64,000 nt of DNA from a virus: IMG/VR virus record IMGVR_UViG_3300027278_000009. One strand, written 5' to 3'. Below the pieces are notes generated by a model. It searched no databases. It saw nothing but the letters and a program-made list of their open reading frames with translations, and was not told where the DNA came from. Every line of letters starts with the position of its first letter. Positions within the stretch are counted from its first letter, which is position 1. Position numbers and translations under genes: made by a program. Positions 47,579-55,672 of this stretch are shown piece by piece.

Positions 47579-48292
47579 ATGTACAATCAAACAGACTTTA
47601 AAGATTTTTTATTCATTGATATCGAGACAGCTGGCCAATATCAAGATCTTTCTGGGGTTTCAGATAGATTAAGCAAACTTTGGCAAATTAAGGCTGATTT
47701 TCAACGTAAAAATGAAGATGGCATGCAGGACCTTTCCGATGAAGATATTTACGAAAAAGGAGCGGCGTGGTTTCCAGAATTTGGAAAGATTATTTGTATT
47801 TCTATTGGCCAAATTAAATTTGATGAACAAGGTGTTCCTCAAACGGCTAATATAAGATCTTTTTATGGAGATGATGAAAGGGTATTACTTGAAGAATTTA
47901 ACGGAGTTATGCAGGCTGTTTTTAATAAGAATCCTAAGATTCAACTAGTTGGTCATAACATTAAGCGATTTGATATGCCGTGGATTGTTAAGAGATCTTT
48001 AATTAATGGATTAAAAGTACCTTATCAATTTCATTTCCAGAAGCAAAAGCCTTGGGAAAACTGCTTATTAGATACTTATGAAATTTGGAAATTTGGTGGA
48101 GTAAATAGTACTTCATTAGATTTAATTTGCGCAGCATTAGATATTCCTTCACCTAAACAAGATATTTCAAATGATCAAGTTTCAGATCGTTATTGGGCTG
48201 GTGAACTTGAAAATATTAAAACGTATTGCGAAGGAGATGTTAAGGCTACTATGAATGTAATGCTTAGAATCGCAAATCTAGATATTTTATGA
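47579..48292 (+). CDS. DnaQ-like (PolB-exo2-type) 3'-5' exonuclease
   Basis: ExoI IDIET, ExoII GHNIKRFD, ExoIII YCEGDV; KPWE..LLDT. Confidence 0.85.
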   Translation: MYNQTDFKDFLFIDIETAGQYQDLSGVSDRLSKLWQIKADFQRKNEDGMQDLSDEDIYEKGAAWFPEFGKIICISIGQIKFDEQGVPQTANIRSFYGDDERVLLEEFNGVMQAVFNKNPKIQLVGHNIKRFDMPWIVKRSLINGLKVPYQFHFQKQKPWENCLLDTYEIWKFGGVNSTSLDLICAALDIPSPKQDISNDQVSDRYWAGELENIKTYCEGDVKATMNVMLRIANLDIL

Positions 48293-49122
48293 AAGTATGG
48301 GCATACGTCCTAGTATGGAATGAGGAGTTAATGCTTCCTTATTACCTAAAGCACTATTCTCAATTTTGTGATAAAATTATCATATACGATAATATGTCCA
48401 CAGATTCAACCTGTGACATTGCACGGGAATATGGAAATCAGGTTGAAATAATCCCATTTGAAACTAACGGCGAGTTCAATGATTATACGCATATTGAATT
48501 AAAGAGAAAGAGTATTCAACATGCTAAAGGACAGGCCGACTTTATCATTTTAACGGACTGTGATGAGTTTGTGTATCATACAGACTTGAAATCATTTCTA
48601 TCTCAAAATCAAAATTGTAGCGTATTCTATCCAGCAGGTTTTCAAATGGCATCCGATGATTTTCCATACGATTTACCTGGACAATTATATGATTATGTAC
48701 AATGGGGAGAACCTAATCCATGGTATGTAAAACCAATGATTGTTAATTTAAATCTAATAGATGATTTAGAATGGGTTGAAGGTGCACATGAATTAGAATT
48801 AAGTTACGATTTAGGAGAATTCTACCACCCAGTTCCTAAAGATATTCGACCAATGGGGGAATATCTAGGTCACCAATGGGGTCGTTGGCAAAAACTATTT
48901 GAGATCTTAGATGATTTTAACCGCGAACCATTAAAGATGCTTCATTATAAATTTCTTGGAGAGAAGTATGTAACTGACCGATATAATCAATATATGGTTA
49001 AAATGAGCGCGAAGAACCATGAAAACTCGGTTGGTATGCACTATCAAGAGGCAATTGATAATGGGACAGTGCTAGATCAAATTAATCAAATCAAGGCTAA
49101 AGCAATAAGAGTGTCATTGTGA
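48289..49122 (+). CDS. GT2-like glycosyltransferase
   Basis: VWNEELMLPYYLKHY, YDNMSTDST, DCDEF, LHYKF. Confidence 0.8.
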   Translation: MKVWAYVLVWNEELMLPYYLKHYSQFCDKIIIYDNMSTDSTCDIAREYGNQVEIIPFETNGEFNDYTHIELKRKSIQHAKGQADFIILTDCDEFVYHTDLKSFLSQNQNCSVFYPAGFQMASDDFPYDLPGQLYDYVQWGEPNPWYVKPMIVNLNLIDDLEWVEGAHELELSYDLGEFYHPVPKDIRPMGEYLGHQWGRWQKLFEILDDFNREPLKMLHYKFLGEKYVTDRYNQYMVKMSAKNHENSVGMHYQEAIDNGTVLDQINQIKAKAIRVSL

Positions 49123-49177
49123 CATATTTAACTACAGTAAATTAATTAAAAAGTGACTATTTGACATATTTTAACAA

Positions 49178-49193
49178 TGGCATGATTATTGCA
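49178..49193 (+). promoter_or_regulatory. Sigma54-type -24/-12 promoter candidate upstream of hsp20
   Basis: TGGCATGATTATTGCA versus consensus TGGCACG-N4-TTGCW (one mismatch). Confidence 0.5.
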
Positions 49194-49252
49194 TTATAAT
49201 ATATGTTATGACAATAACTCAAAAAAATGTTTAACTAAATAGAAATTAAATT

Positions 49253-49612
49253 ATGAGTATTTTAAATCAACTTATGTTTAGCGATTTTATTTTCAACAAC
49301 AACATTCCATCTTATGGAACTTCAAATTCTTGGAATATTGACAAGAATGAAAACGGTTACGTATTAACTGTTAATGTACCGGGATTCTCTAAAGATGATA
49401 TTGGAATCGATATTGAAGAAGATGTACTACATGTTCAAGGATCTAAGGGAACAGAAGATTCAAAGAAGGTTGTAAACAAAAGATTTAATCTAGAGACTCT
49501 TGAAATCGATTATGACAAGGTAACTGCAAAATGCGAAAATGGAGAGCTCGCGATTAATTTACCGATGTTAGATGAGAACATTTCTAGAAAAAAATCTGTA
49601 AAAATTAGCTAA
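49253..49612 (+). CDS. hsp20: Small heat-shock protein (Hsp20)
   Basis: VNVPGFSKDDI.I.IE...L.V.G; A.CENGEL.INLP; I-x-I tail (VKIS). Confidence 0.88.
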   Translation: MSILNQLMFSDFIFNNNIPSYGTSNSWNIDKNENGYVLTVNVPGFSKDDIGIDIEEDVLHVQGSKGTEDSKKVVNKRFNLETLEIDYDKVTAKCENGELAINLPMLDENISRKKSVKIS

Positions 49613-49616
49613 AACA

Positions 49617-49648
49617 TTTTTTTATATCGCGGATTTTTGTTATATTTA
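49617..49648 (+). promoter_or_regulatory. Class I promoter (ATATCG variant)
   Basis: TTTTTTTATATCG-N11-TATATTTA upstream of 49674. Confidence 0.75.
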
Positions 49649-49673
49649 CCTTATAAAACAAAATACAGATACT

Positions 49674-49928
49674 ATGTTTGACTTTAACGAAGATTTTGAA
49701 GAGGATTTCACACCAGAGTTTGACAATTCTCAAGAACACATGGAGATCTTGAAGGATCGATTGGCTCGAGCAAATTATACTGCTATCAAAAATTATGGTA
49801 TCAATACAGAATATCACAATAATTCTAGAATGCTCAAGCAAATTATCAGCGAGACTATGCAGTATTTTGAAGAACTTGAGGAATATGAAAAATGCACAGA
49901 TTTAAAGAGGGTACTTGATACCATCTAA
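49674..49928 (+). CDS. Small protein with C-terminal UVR-like motif (paralogue 2)
   Basis: YFEELEEYEKCTDLKRVL. Confidence 0.75.
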   Translation: MFDFNEDFEEDFTPEFDNSQEHMEILKDRLARANYTAIKNYGINTEYHNNSRMLKQIISETMQYFEELEEYEKCTDLKRVLDTI

Positions 49929-49932
49929 AACC

Positions 49933-49957
49933 AACCGGGTTAGCCCGGTTTTTTTTA
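49933..49957 (+). terminator. Intrinsic terminator
   Basis: AACCGGG-TTAG-CCCGGTT plus T-run. Confidence 0.88.
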
Positions 49958-49961
49958 TGTT

Positions 49962-49989
49962 TAAACATTGACAAAATGTGATATATAAT
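49962..49989 (+). promoter_or_regulatory. Class II promoter
   Basis: TAAAC-N17-TATAAT upstream of the dnaJ-bS21 operon. Confidence 0.75.
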
Positions 49990-50010
49990 ATAATATTAGA
50001 ATAACATATT

Positions 50011-50142
50011 ATGAACGATCAATTATTAGAACGCATTGCAATTGCATTAGAAAAGATTGCAGCTAAGATGGAGAATTCGGAGAAGCGTGAAGTTGCTGAA
50101 AAACGCAGAGCGCTTAAGGAATCGCGTAATAAAAAAGCATAA
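50011..50142 (+). CDS. 43-aa helical protein
   Basis: Hand-translated MNDQLLERIAIALEKIAAKMENSEKREVAEKRRALKESRNKKA; stop overlaps the dnaJ ATG. Confidence 0.65.
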   Translation: MNDQLLERIAIALEKIAAKMENSEKREVAEKRRALKESRNKKA

Positions 50143-50927
50143 TGAATTATTACGAAGTCTTAGGGGTAAATTCTAATGCTTCTCACGATGAGATAAAAAA
50201 AGCTTATCGGGATTTGGTGAAGATTCATCACCCTGATAAAGGTGGGTCTGAAGATAGATTCAAACAAATCTCTGAGGCGTATGATATTTTAGGCGATACC
50301 AATAAGAGACAAGAATACGATTTTAAGCAAAGTGGAGATTCCAGCTTTAGAGATTTCTTTGTTAAGTTTGGTGGAGATTGGTCTGGAATGTTTAATCAAT
50401 CGTTTGGTCAAGAGGCCCGAGGATTAGATGTTAGGATTTCAGTTCCATTAACGATGTCAGAAGTTTATAATGGTTGTTCTAAATATATTGATTTAGGCGG
50501 TGATAGCTTTAATATTAAAATTCCAGCTGGAGTTTTAAATGGCGCTAAACTTAAAGTAAACGGTAAAGGAGATTATCATCCAATCAATCGATCCGCCCCT
50601 CGAGGAAATGCAATCATAACCATACAATATATTATCGATCCCGATATTATTATACAGGGACACGATATCTGGACTGAATGTACCTTATCTTTTGTTGATT
50701 TATTACTTGGAACAAAGATAAATATAAAGAATAGTTTGTATGATATTACAGTCAATATACCTAAAAATTCATACGAAGGAAAGGTACTTAGAATTTCTGG
50801 CAAAGGAATGCCAATATATAATACAAATGAATATGGCAGTTTATTGATTAAACTCAGAACTCTACCACCAAATCTAAACGAAGAGCAACTAAAATTAGTA
50901 GAAAAAATTAAAGAATTATATGCTTAG
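50142..50927 (+). CDS. dnaJ: DnaJ/CbpA-type chaperone (class II, no Zn finger)
   Basis: YYEVLGV...HHPDK...ISEAYDILGD; G/F region; C-terminal LRISGKGMP. Confidence 0.9.
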   Translation: MNYYEVLGVNSNASHDEIKKAYRDLVKIHHPDKGGSEDRFKQISEAYDILGDTNKRQEYDFKQSGDSSFRDFFVKFGGDWSGMFNQSFGQEARGLDVRISVPLTMSEVYNGCSKYIDLGGDSFNIKIPAGVLNGAKLKVNGKGDYHPINRSAPRGNAIITIQYIIDPDIIIQGHDIWTECTLSFVDLLLGTKINIKNSLYDITVNIPKNSYEGKVLRISGKGMPIYNTNEYGSLLIKLRTLPPNLNEEQLKLVEKIKELYA

Positions 50928-51153
50928 CGAATTTGAAGACAACGGTATTGAACACATCATCCAAGGATCGAAAGATACTATGATGAATATGATCTATAAA
51001 GCGATTGTTAATAATGAACAAGATGCTTTAAGCAGCAACACACCAGCTAATGAAAAGTTAGATGCTCTTACTAACGTTCTACAATATTTTGAAGGCACTG
51101 AAGAATATGAAAAGTGCTTTAATATTAAAAAAATCATTGATAAAATATGTTGA
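50920..51153 (+). CDS. Small protein with C-terminal UVR-like motif (paralogue 3)
   Basis: YFEGTEEYEKCFNIKKII. Confidence 0.75.
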   Translation: MLSEFEDNGIEHIIQGSKDTMMNMIYKAIVNNEQDALSSNTPANEKLDALTNVLQYFEGTEEYEKCFNIKKIIDKIC

Positions 51154-51344
51154 TTATTAATGTTGATAATGGAAATATCGAAAAGGCCTTAAAGGTCTTA
51201 AAATATAAAGTAAATAAAACTAAACAAACTAAAACACTTCGCGACCAAAAGGAGTATACAAAGCCATCCGTAACCAAAAGGATTAAGAATCAAAAAGCTA
51301 AGTATATTCAGCAAAAATTCGGTGATAATCAGTCTGCCGAATAA
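51147..51344 (+). CDS. rpsU: Ribosomal protein bS21, Bacteroidota-like
   Basis: MLIINV...NIEKALK..K.K...T......YTKPSV.KR....KAKYIQ; 65 aa, basic. Confidence 0.85.
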   Translation: MLIINVDNGNIEKALKVLKYKVNKTKQTKTLRDQKEYTKPSVTKRIKNQKAKYIQQKFGDNQSAE

Positions 51345-51450
51345 AGTTAACAGAGTATAATATCATTATATTTTTTTACCAAATTAACTAACAGGTTTAA
51401 CCCGGTTTAAATATATACACTGTTAAAACAAAACATAGAAGGTCGCAATC

Positions 51451-51708
51451 ATGGATGAAATATTAGGTCAAGACAGAGATTCACTAATGCGAGCTTCGTA
51501 CTATACAATCACTCGAAACTTTACTAAAACAGTTAATCGATTTGTTGTATTTAGAGAAGGAAGCGATATTATTGAAATCCCTCACGGTATTGGTCAACGC
51601 TCAAAATTCATTGATATCTTAATTGGATATTTTGAAGGTCTTGAGGAGTATGAGAAGTGCGACAAGTTAATGAAATTGAAAGATCTTGTCATAATGGCAG
51701 GTGATTAA
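51451..51708 (+). CDS. Small protein with C-terminal UVR-like motif (paralogue 4)
   Basis: YFEGLEEYEKCDKLMKL. Confidence 0.75.
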   Translation: MDEILGQDRDSLMRASYYTITRNFTKTVNRFVVFREGSDIIEIPHGIGQRSKFIDILIGYFEGLEEYEKCDKLMKLKDLVIMAGD

Positions 51709-51722
51709 TTAAATTTTAATGA

Positions 51723-52427
51723 ATGAATCAAAACAATGAAAACCGAAAGGTTGGTCGAAAAAAGATTTCGATTAAACCAGAGACTGTTAAAGCTCAATTA
51801 AGACAATCTCAACAACACTATGTACAAACCATTCTAGAGAATGACATAACATTTTGCCACGGCCCAGCCGGAACATCTAAAACATTTACCGCATGTTATG
51901 TCGCATTAAAATTATTTGCAGAAAAAAAGATTGACACTATTATTCTTTGTAAGCCTATTCAAGAAGCTGGTGAAAAGCTAGGATTCTTGCCAGGTGATAT
52001 TAGTGAAAAGATCGATCCGTATATGCAATCATACGTTTCCAATTTAAGTAAGATTATTGGCCCACAGATTACAGAGCAATTAGTAGAGTCTGAAGTTATT
52101 CAATTCCGTCCACTTGCATTTATGAGAGGAGATACTTTCGATGGATCTCTTATGATTCTTGACGAGGCGCAGAACGCTACATTTAAACAATTAATGTTAT
52201 TCGTTACTAGAATGGGTAATGGATCTAAAGTAATTGTAACTGGCGACGTTAGCCAATATGATATTGCTAAAAATAATATTGGACTAGAATCATTTGCTGA
52301 ATTAATGAAAGGCATTAAAGGTGTTGGTGAACATGTGTTTACACAAAAGGATATTGTGAGAGCTAAGATCTTACAAGATGTTGTAAACCGTTATGACAAA
52401 TGGAGAATGGATAATCCTGAGAAATAA
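51723..52427 (+). CDS. phoH: PhoH-family ATPase
   Basis: GPAGTSKT, LGFLPGD, MRGDTF, ILDEAQN, TRMG, VTGDVSQ. Confidence 0.92.
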   Translation: MNQNNENRKVGRKKISIKPETVKAQLRQSQQHYVQTILENDITFCHGPAGTSKTFTACYVALKLFAEKKIDTIILCKPIQEAGEKLGFLPGDISEKIDPYMQSYVSNLSKIIGPQITEQLVESEVIQFRPLAFMRGDTFDGSLMILDEAQNATFKQLMLFVTRMGNGSKVIVTGDVSQYDIAKNNIGLESFAELMKGIKGVGEHVFTQKDIVRAKILQDVVNRYDKWRMDNPEK

Positions 52428-52452
52428 ACATTATCAATATTTTGGATATAAT
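52425..52452 (+). promoter_or_regulatory. Class II promoter
   Basis: TAAAC-N17-TATAAT upstream of rnhB. Confidence 0.75.
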
Positions 52453-52468
52453 TATAAAATAAGCTTTT

Positions 52469-53101
52469 ATGTCCAAACACATTCTTCTTAAAGATTCATT
52501 TAACGATAATCCTGAAATTATAGAAATAGGAGTAGATGAAGCGGGCCGTGGGGCTCTTGCAGGTCCAGTAACTGTAGCGGCTTGTATTATGCCACGTGGA
52601 TTTAATCACCCATTGATTAAAGACTCCAAACTGCTAAGTGAAGGCGAACGCCAAGAAGCATTAAAGATTGTTTGCAAAAATGCGATCGCATGGCACGTTA
52701 CACACATTGCCGTTGATAAAATTGAGGAGATGAATATCCTTAGGGCAACATTAAAAGGGATGCATGATTGTTTAGAATATTTAGATGATCGCGCTAATCG
52801 ATTTGATTTTATCCTCGTCGATGGGGATCAATTTCATGGATTTGCTGGAATTCCATACGAAACTGTAGTTGGTGGAGATAATAAATATGTTTCAATTGCG
52901 GCTGCTTCAATCTTGGCTAAAACTACTCGTGATGAGTACATGAAGCAAATTAGTAAAGATCACCCAGAATACGGTTGGGGTTCTAATAAAGGGTACGGGA
53001 CTAAACAACATATTACAGCAATTAAGAATTCTGGAAAAACAGAATACCACCGCGAATCGTTTATTTCCCATCTATTAACTTCAGCTGGTCAATTGTTTTG
53101 A
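52469..53101 (+). CDS. rnhB: Ribonuclease HII
   Basis: GVDEAGRGALAGPV, DSK.L, VDG, IAAASILAK..RD, KGYGT..H. Confidence 0.95.
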   Translation: MSKHILLKDSFNDNPEIIEIGVDEAGRGALAGPVTVAACIMPRGFNHPLIKDSKLLSEGERQEALKIVCKNAIAWHVTHIAVDKIEEMNILRATLKGMHDCLEYLDDRANRFDFILVDGDQFHGFAGIPYETVVGGDNKYVSIAAASILAKTTRDEYMKQISKDHPEYGWGSNKGYGTKQHITAIKNSGKTEYHRESFISHLLTSAGQLF

Positions 53102-53442
53102 GAGGATTATTATATGGCATATTGCTTTATACGGTTGGCCAATCTATAATATGGTTTCAAAGCAATGGTCAATTCATGTGGCCATGGTTTAAAAAAAATC
53201 CATTTATAGTGGCTTTAATGGGAGGAACTTTAGTATCATATATGTTTATTAAAGCAACCGCGTTTGTTGCCAGTTATTATGACGGATTGATTTGGCCAGG
53301 TAGATTTATTGGATTTGCAATTGGTATTCTATCATTTGCTCTATTAACTAATTATTTTATGAATGAAGGCGTAAATGCCAAGACCTTTATATCGCTGATA
53401 CTGGCCACTGCAATCATTGCGATCCAGTTATTTTGGAAATAA
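53098..53442 (+). CDS. Four-TM membrane protein (DMT/SMR-like)
   Basis: 114 aa, four hydrophobic helices. Confidence 0.55.
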   Translation: MRGLLYGILLYTVGQSIIWFQSNGQFMWPWFKKNPFIVALMGGTLVSYMFIKATAFVASYYDGLIWPGRFIGFAIGILSFALLTNYFMNEGVNAKTFISLILATAIIAIQLFWK

Positions 53443-53467
53443 TTTGAAAAAAAGTGAAAAAAGTTTG

Positions 53468-53506
53468 CCCGACATTTTTTTATGTCGGGTTTTTTGTTTA
53501 TATTTA
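53468..53506 (+). promoter_or_regulatory. Class I promoter embedded in a terminator-like palindrome
   Basis: CCCGACAT-T6-ATGTCGGG, T-run, then TATATTTA at the 11-bp spacer. Confidence 0.8.
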
Positions 53507-53529
53507 TACTATAATTAAAAGATAAACAC

Positions 53530-53856
53530 ATGACAAGAAAAACTTTCACCGCGAACGAAGACATGATTGGCAAGTACATCAACGAGTATCTTTACTCAGA
53601 CATTAATCCAATTGGAAAAATAGTTGGTATCAAATCCAAAACGATTTTGTATGTACAACCTATTGAGGCCACTGAGAATAAGACAAAGATGGACTTTGTT
53701 CCTGGTGGATTTTCAGCCCACTGCACTAATAACTCTGACCAGAAATGGGAATTCAAAGAGGTTGGTGAAGTTATTGAAATGCGTATGACAAATGGTCGGT
53801 ATGATTGGCGCAAAATCGCCGATGCTCCACGTAAATATTATGACTATAATTTTTAA
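53530..53856 (+). CDS. Hypothetical early-type protein
   Basis: 108-aa ORF with a class I promoter. Confidence 0.75.
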   Translation: MTRKTFTANEDMIGKYINEYLYSDINPIGKIVGIKSKTILYVQPIEATENKTKMDFVPGGFSAHCTNNSDQKWEFKEVGEVIEMRMTNGRYDWRKIADAPRKYYDYNF

Positions 53857-53865
53857 AAAAAGTGG

Positions 53866-53905
53866 GTCTGACATTTTTTTATGTCAGACTTTTTTATTAT
53901 ATTTA
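53866..53905 (+). promoter_or_regulatory. Class I promoter embedded in a terminator-like palindrome
   Basis: GTCTGACAT-T6-ATGTCAGAC, T-run, then TATATTTA at the 11-bp spacer. Confidence 0.8.
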
Positions 53906-53921
53906 CCTAGTAATTAAACAA

Positions 53922-54341
53922 ATGACAAATATGAATTTAGAATTTAACGCAACAGAAGTAAAATGTAATGGTATTTTGGTTGGAGCAGTTCAATCTCTAA
54001 CCGAAGATAATATATCAAAGCTCAAAGTATTTTTAAAGACGCATTTCATGATGACTGATCAAGCCACTATTCTGCAAGAACTTGAAGATTCTGGCATTTT
54101 AATTGAACCCTGGATAGTTGGAAGACGAGTTTCTGACATTGATTCAATTATTACTCGAATGGCTAGTGGTCTTATGAAATATGCCACCTCTAAATTTGAA
54201 GATAAATTACTGGCTGAAATGTGGATTAACTCTCAATTAGATATGATGACAGCAAAACAGATTATTACTGTTATGGAATCTGCTCTCATAGATTGTGCAA
54301 CTGCAGACCATTGGTACACATACGAGAAGCAATGGGATTGA
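53922..54341 (+). CDS. Hypothetical early-type protein
   Basis: Start moved to 53922 (MTNMNLEF) because the promoter lies in the track ORF's 5' part. Confidence 0.7.
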   Translation: MTNMNLEFNATEVKCNGILVGAVQSLTEDNISKLKVFLKTHFMMTDQATILQELEDSGILIEPWIVGRRVSDIDSIITRMASGLMKYATSKFEDKLLAEMWINSQLDMMTAKQIITVMESALIDCATADHWYTYEKQWD

Positions 54342-54532
54342 TTTTTTGGTACATCTTAATTGGTACAATATTTAATATTGTTTTTGATTACTTAGTTAAT
54401 CAATTGGGTGAAGAAAATGAAGATCTTCGGTTAACCAATTCTGAGAGGATAGTTGCAATCATAGTTTGGCCATTGGTATTTTATCAATTTCTTAAATATT
54501 TCTTTAATGATAACGATCGAACAGAGGATTGA
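54332..54532 (+). CDS. Small two-TM membrane protein
   Basis: MGLIFWYILIGTIFNIVF...IVAIIVWPLVFY; start moved from 54293. Confidence 0.6.
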   Translation: MGLIFWYILIGTIFNIVFDYLVNQLGEENEDLRLTNSERIVAIIVWPLVFYQFLKYFFNDNDRTED

Positions 54533-54734
54533 GCGCCTTCAAGGCGAATCTAAAATCATATATTTAGAGGATATGACAATTCATGAGGTCGATTCAGTTG
54601 ATCGACTAGGTAATCATGTATTTATTACTACAGTTGGCGGATTTATGTTTCAAGATGTTGATGTGTTTACACTTAATGAAATCTATGAGGCTGAAACAGC
54701 TATAAACAAATTAAAAAAACAATATAAAATATAA
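54507..54734 (+). CDS. Hypothetical protein
   Basis: 75-aa ORF. Confidence 0.65.
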   Translation: MITIEQRIERLQGESKIIYLEDMTIHEVDSVDRLGNHVFITTVGGFMFQDVDVFTLNEIYEAETAINKLKKQYKI

Positions 54735-54735
54735 T

Positions 54736-55662
54736 ATGAGCAAAGTAAACTTAGGATATTGTTGTATCAATCTAACTCTTGACGAACAAGGTATTAAGAT
54801 TGGTCGATCTATGATTAAACGTACATTCCAACAAAAAGGAATTAAGTATGCTGGTGAACTAGCAGAAGCTAATGTACGCGATATGATTGAGATTATTAAA
54901 TGGAATCATAGAAATGGTATCAAAGTTTACCGTATGAGTAGCTCTATGTTTCCTTGGATGAGTGAATATGAGCTTACTGATTTGCCTAACTGGTCAACAA
55001 TCTCTAACTTACTCAAGGGATCAGGTACATTGGTTCAAAAATATGGCCAACGCGTTGGATTCCACCCTGGTCAATTTTGTGTTCTTCCATCACCGACTAA
55101 AAAAGTTGTTGATGCTACTGTCAAAGAATTGAATCAACATGCTGAAATCCTTGATGCTATGGGATTACCGGTAAACCAATATTATTCGATGAATATCCAT
55201 CTTGGTGGTTCTTATGGCGACAAAGAATCTACTAAAGCCCGCTTTGTTCAAAATTTCAAAATGTTATCCCGATCTGCACAAGCTCGTTTGATTCTTGAAA
55301 ATGACGACAAACCAGCACAATATTCGGTTCAAGATCTTTATGACATCTATTTGCAAGTTGGCACACCAATTACATTTGACTATCACCACCACCGATGCTA
55401 TGAAGATCCAATGCCCGAAGAAGAAGCATTGCGCCTAGCGGCTTTAACCTGGCCTAAAGGTATTCGTCAATTGTGCCACTATTCATCTGCTAAAAAGATT
55501 CATGAAGATGCTAGTGTTATCTTGCGCGCTCATGCAGATTACATTTATGAATATATTGAAACTTATGGCCTAGATCTTGATATAGAAATAGAAGCAAAAG
55601 CTAAGGAATTGTCTCTACTCAAATATCGTGAGCAATTTCTAAATGAATTAGTTTTAAGTTGA
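54736..55662 (+). CDS. uvsE: UV-damage endonuclease
   Basis: LGYCC, VYRMSS.MFPW, FHPGQF..L.SP, LENDD, FDYHHH, AHADY, IEAKAKE. Confidence 0.92.
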   Translation: MSKVNLGYCCINLTLDEQGIKIGRSMIKRTFQQKGIKYAGELAEANVRDMIEIIKWNHRNGIKVYRMSSSMFPWMSEYELTDLPNWSTISNLLKGSGTLVQKYGQRVGFHPGQFCVLPSPTKKVVDATVKELNQHAEILDAMGLPVNQYYSMNIHLGGSYGDKESTKARFVQNFKMLSRSAQARLILENDDKPAQYSVQDLYDIYLQVGTPITFDYHHHRCYEDPMPEEEALRLAALTWPKGIRQLCHYSSAKKIHEDASVILRAHADYIYEYIETYGLDLDIEIEAKAKELSLLKYREQFLNELVLS

Positions 55663-55672
55663 TATATAATGT

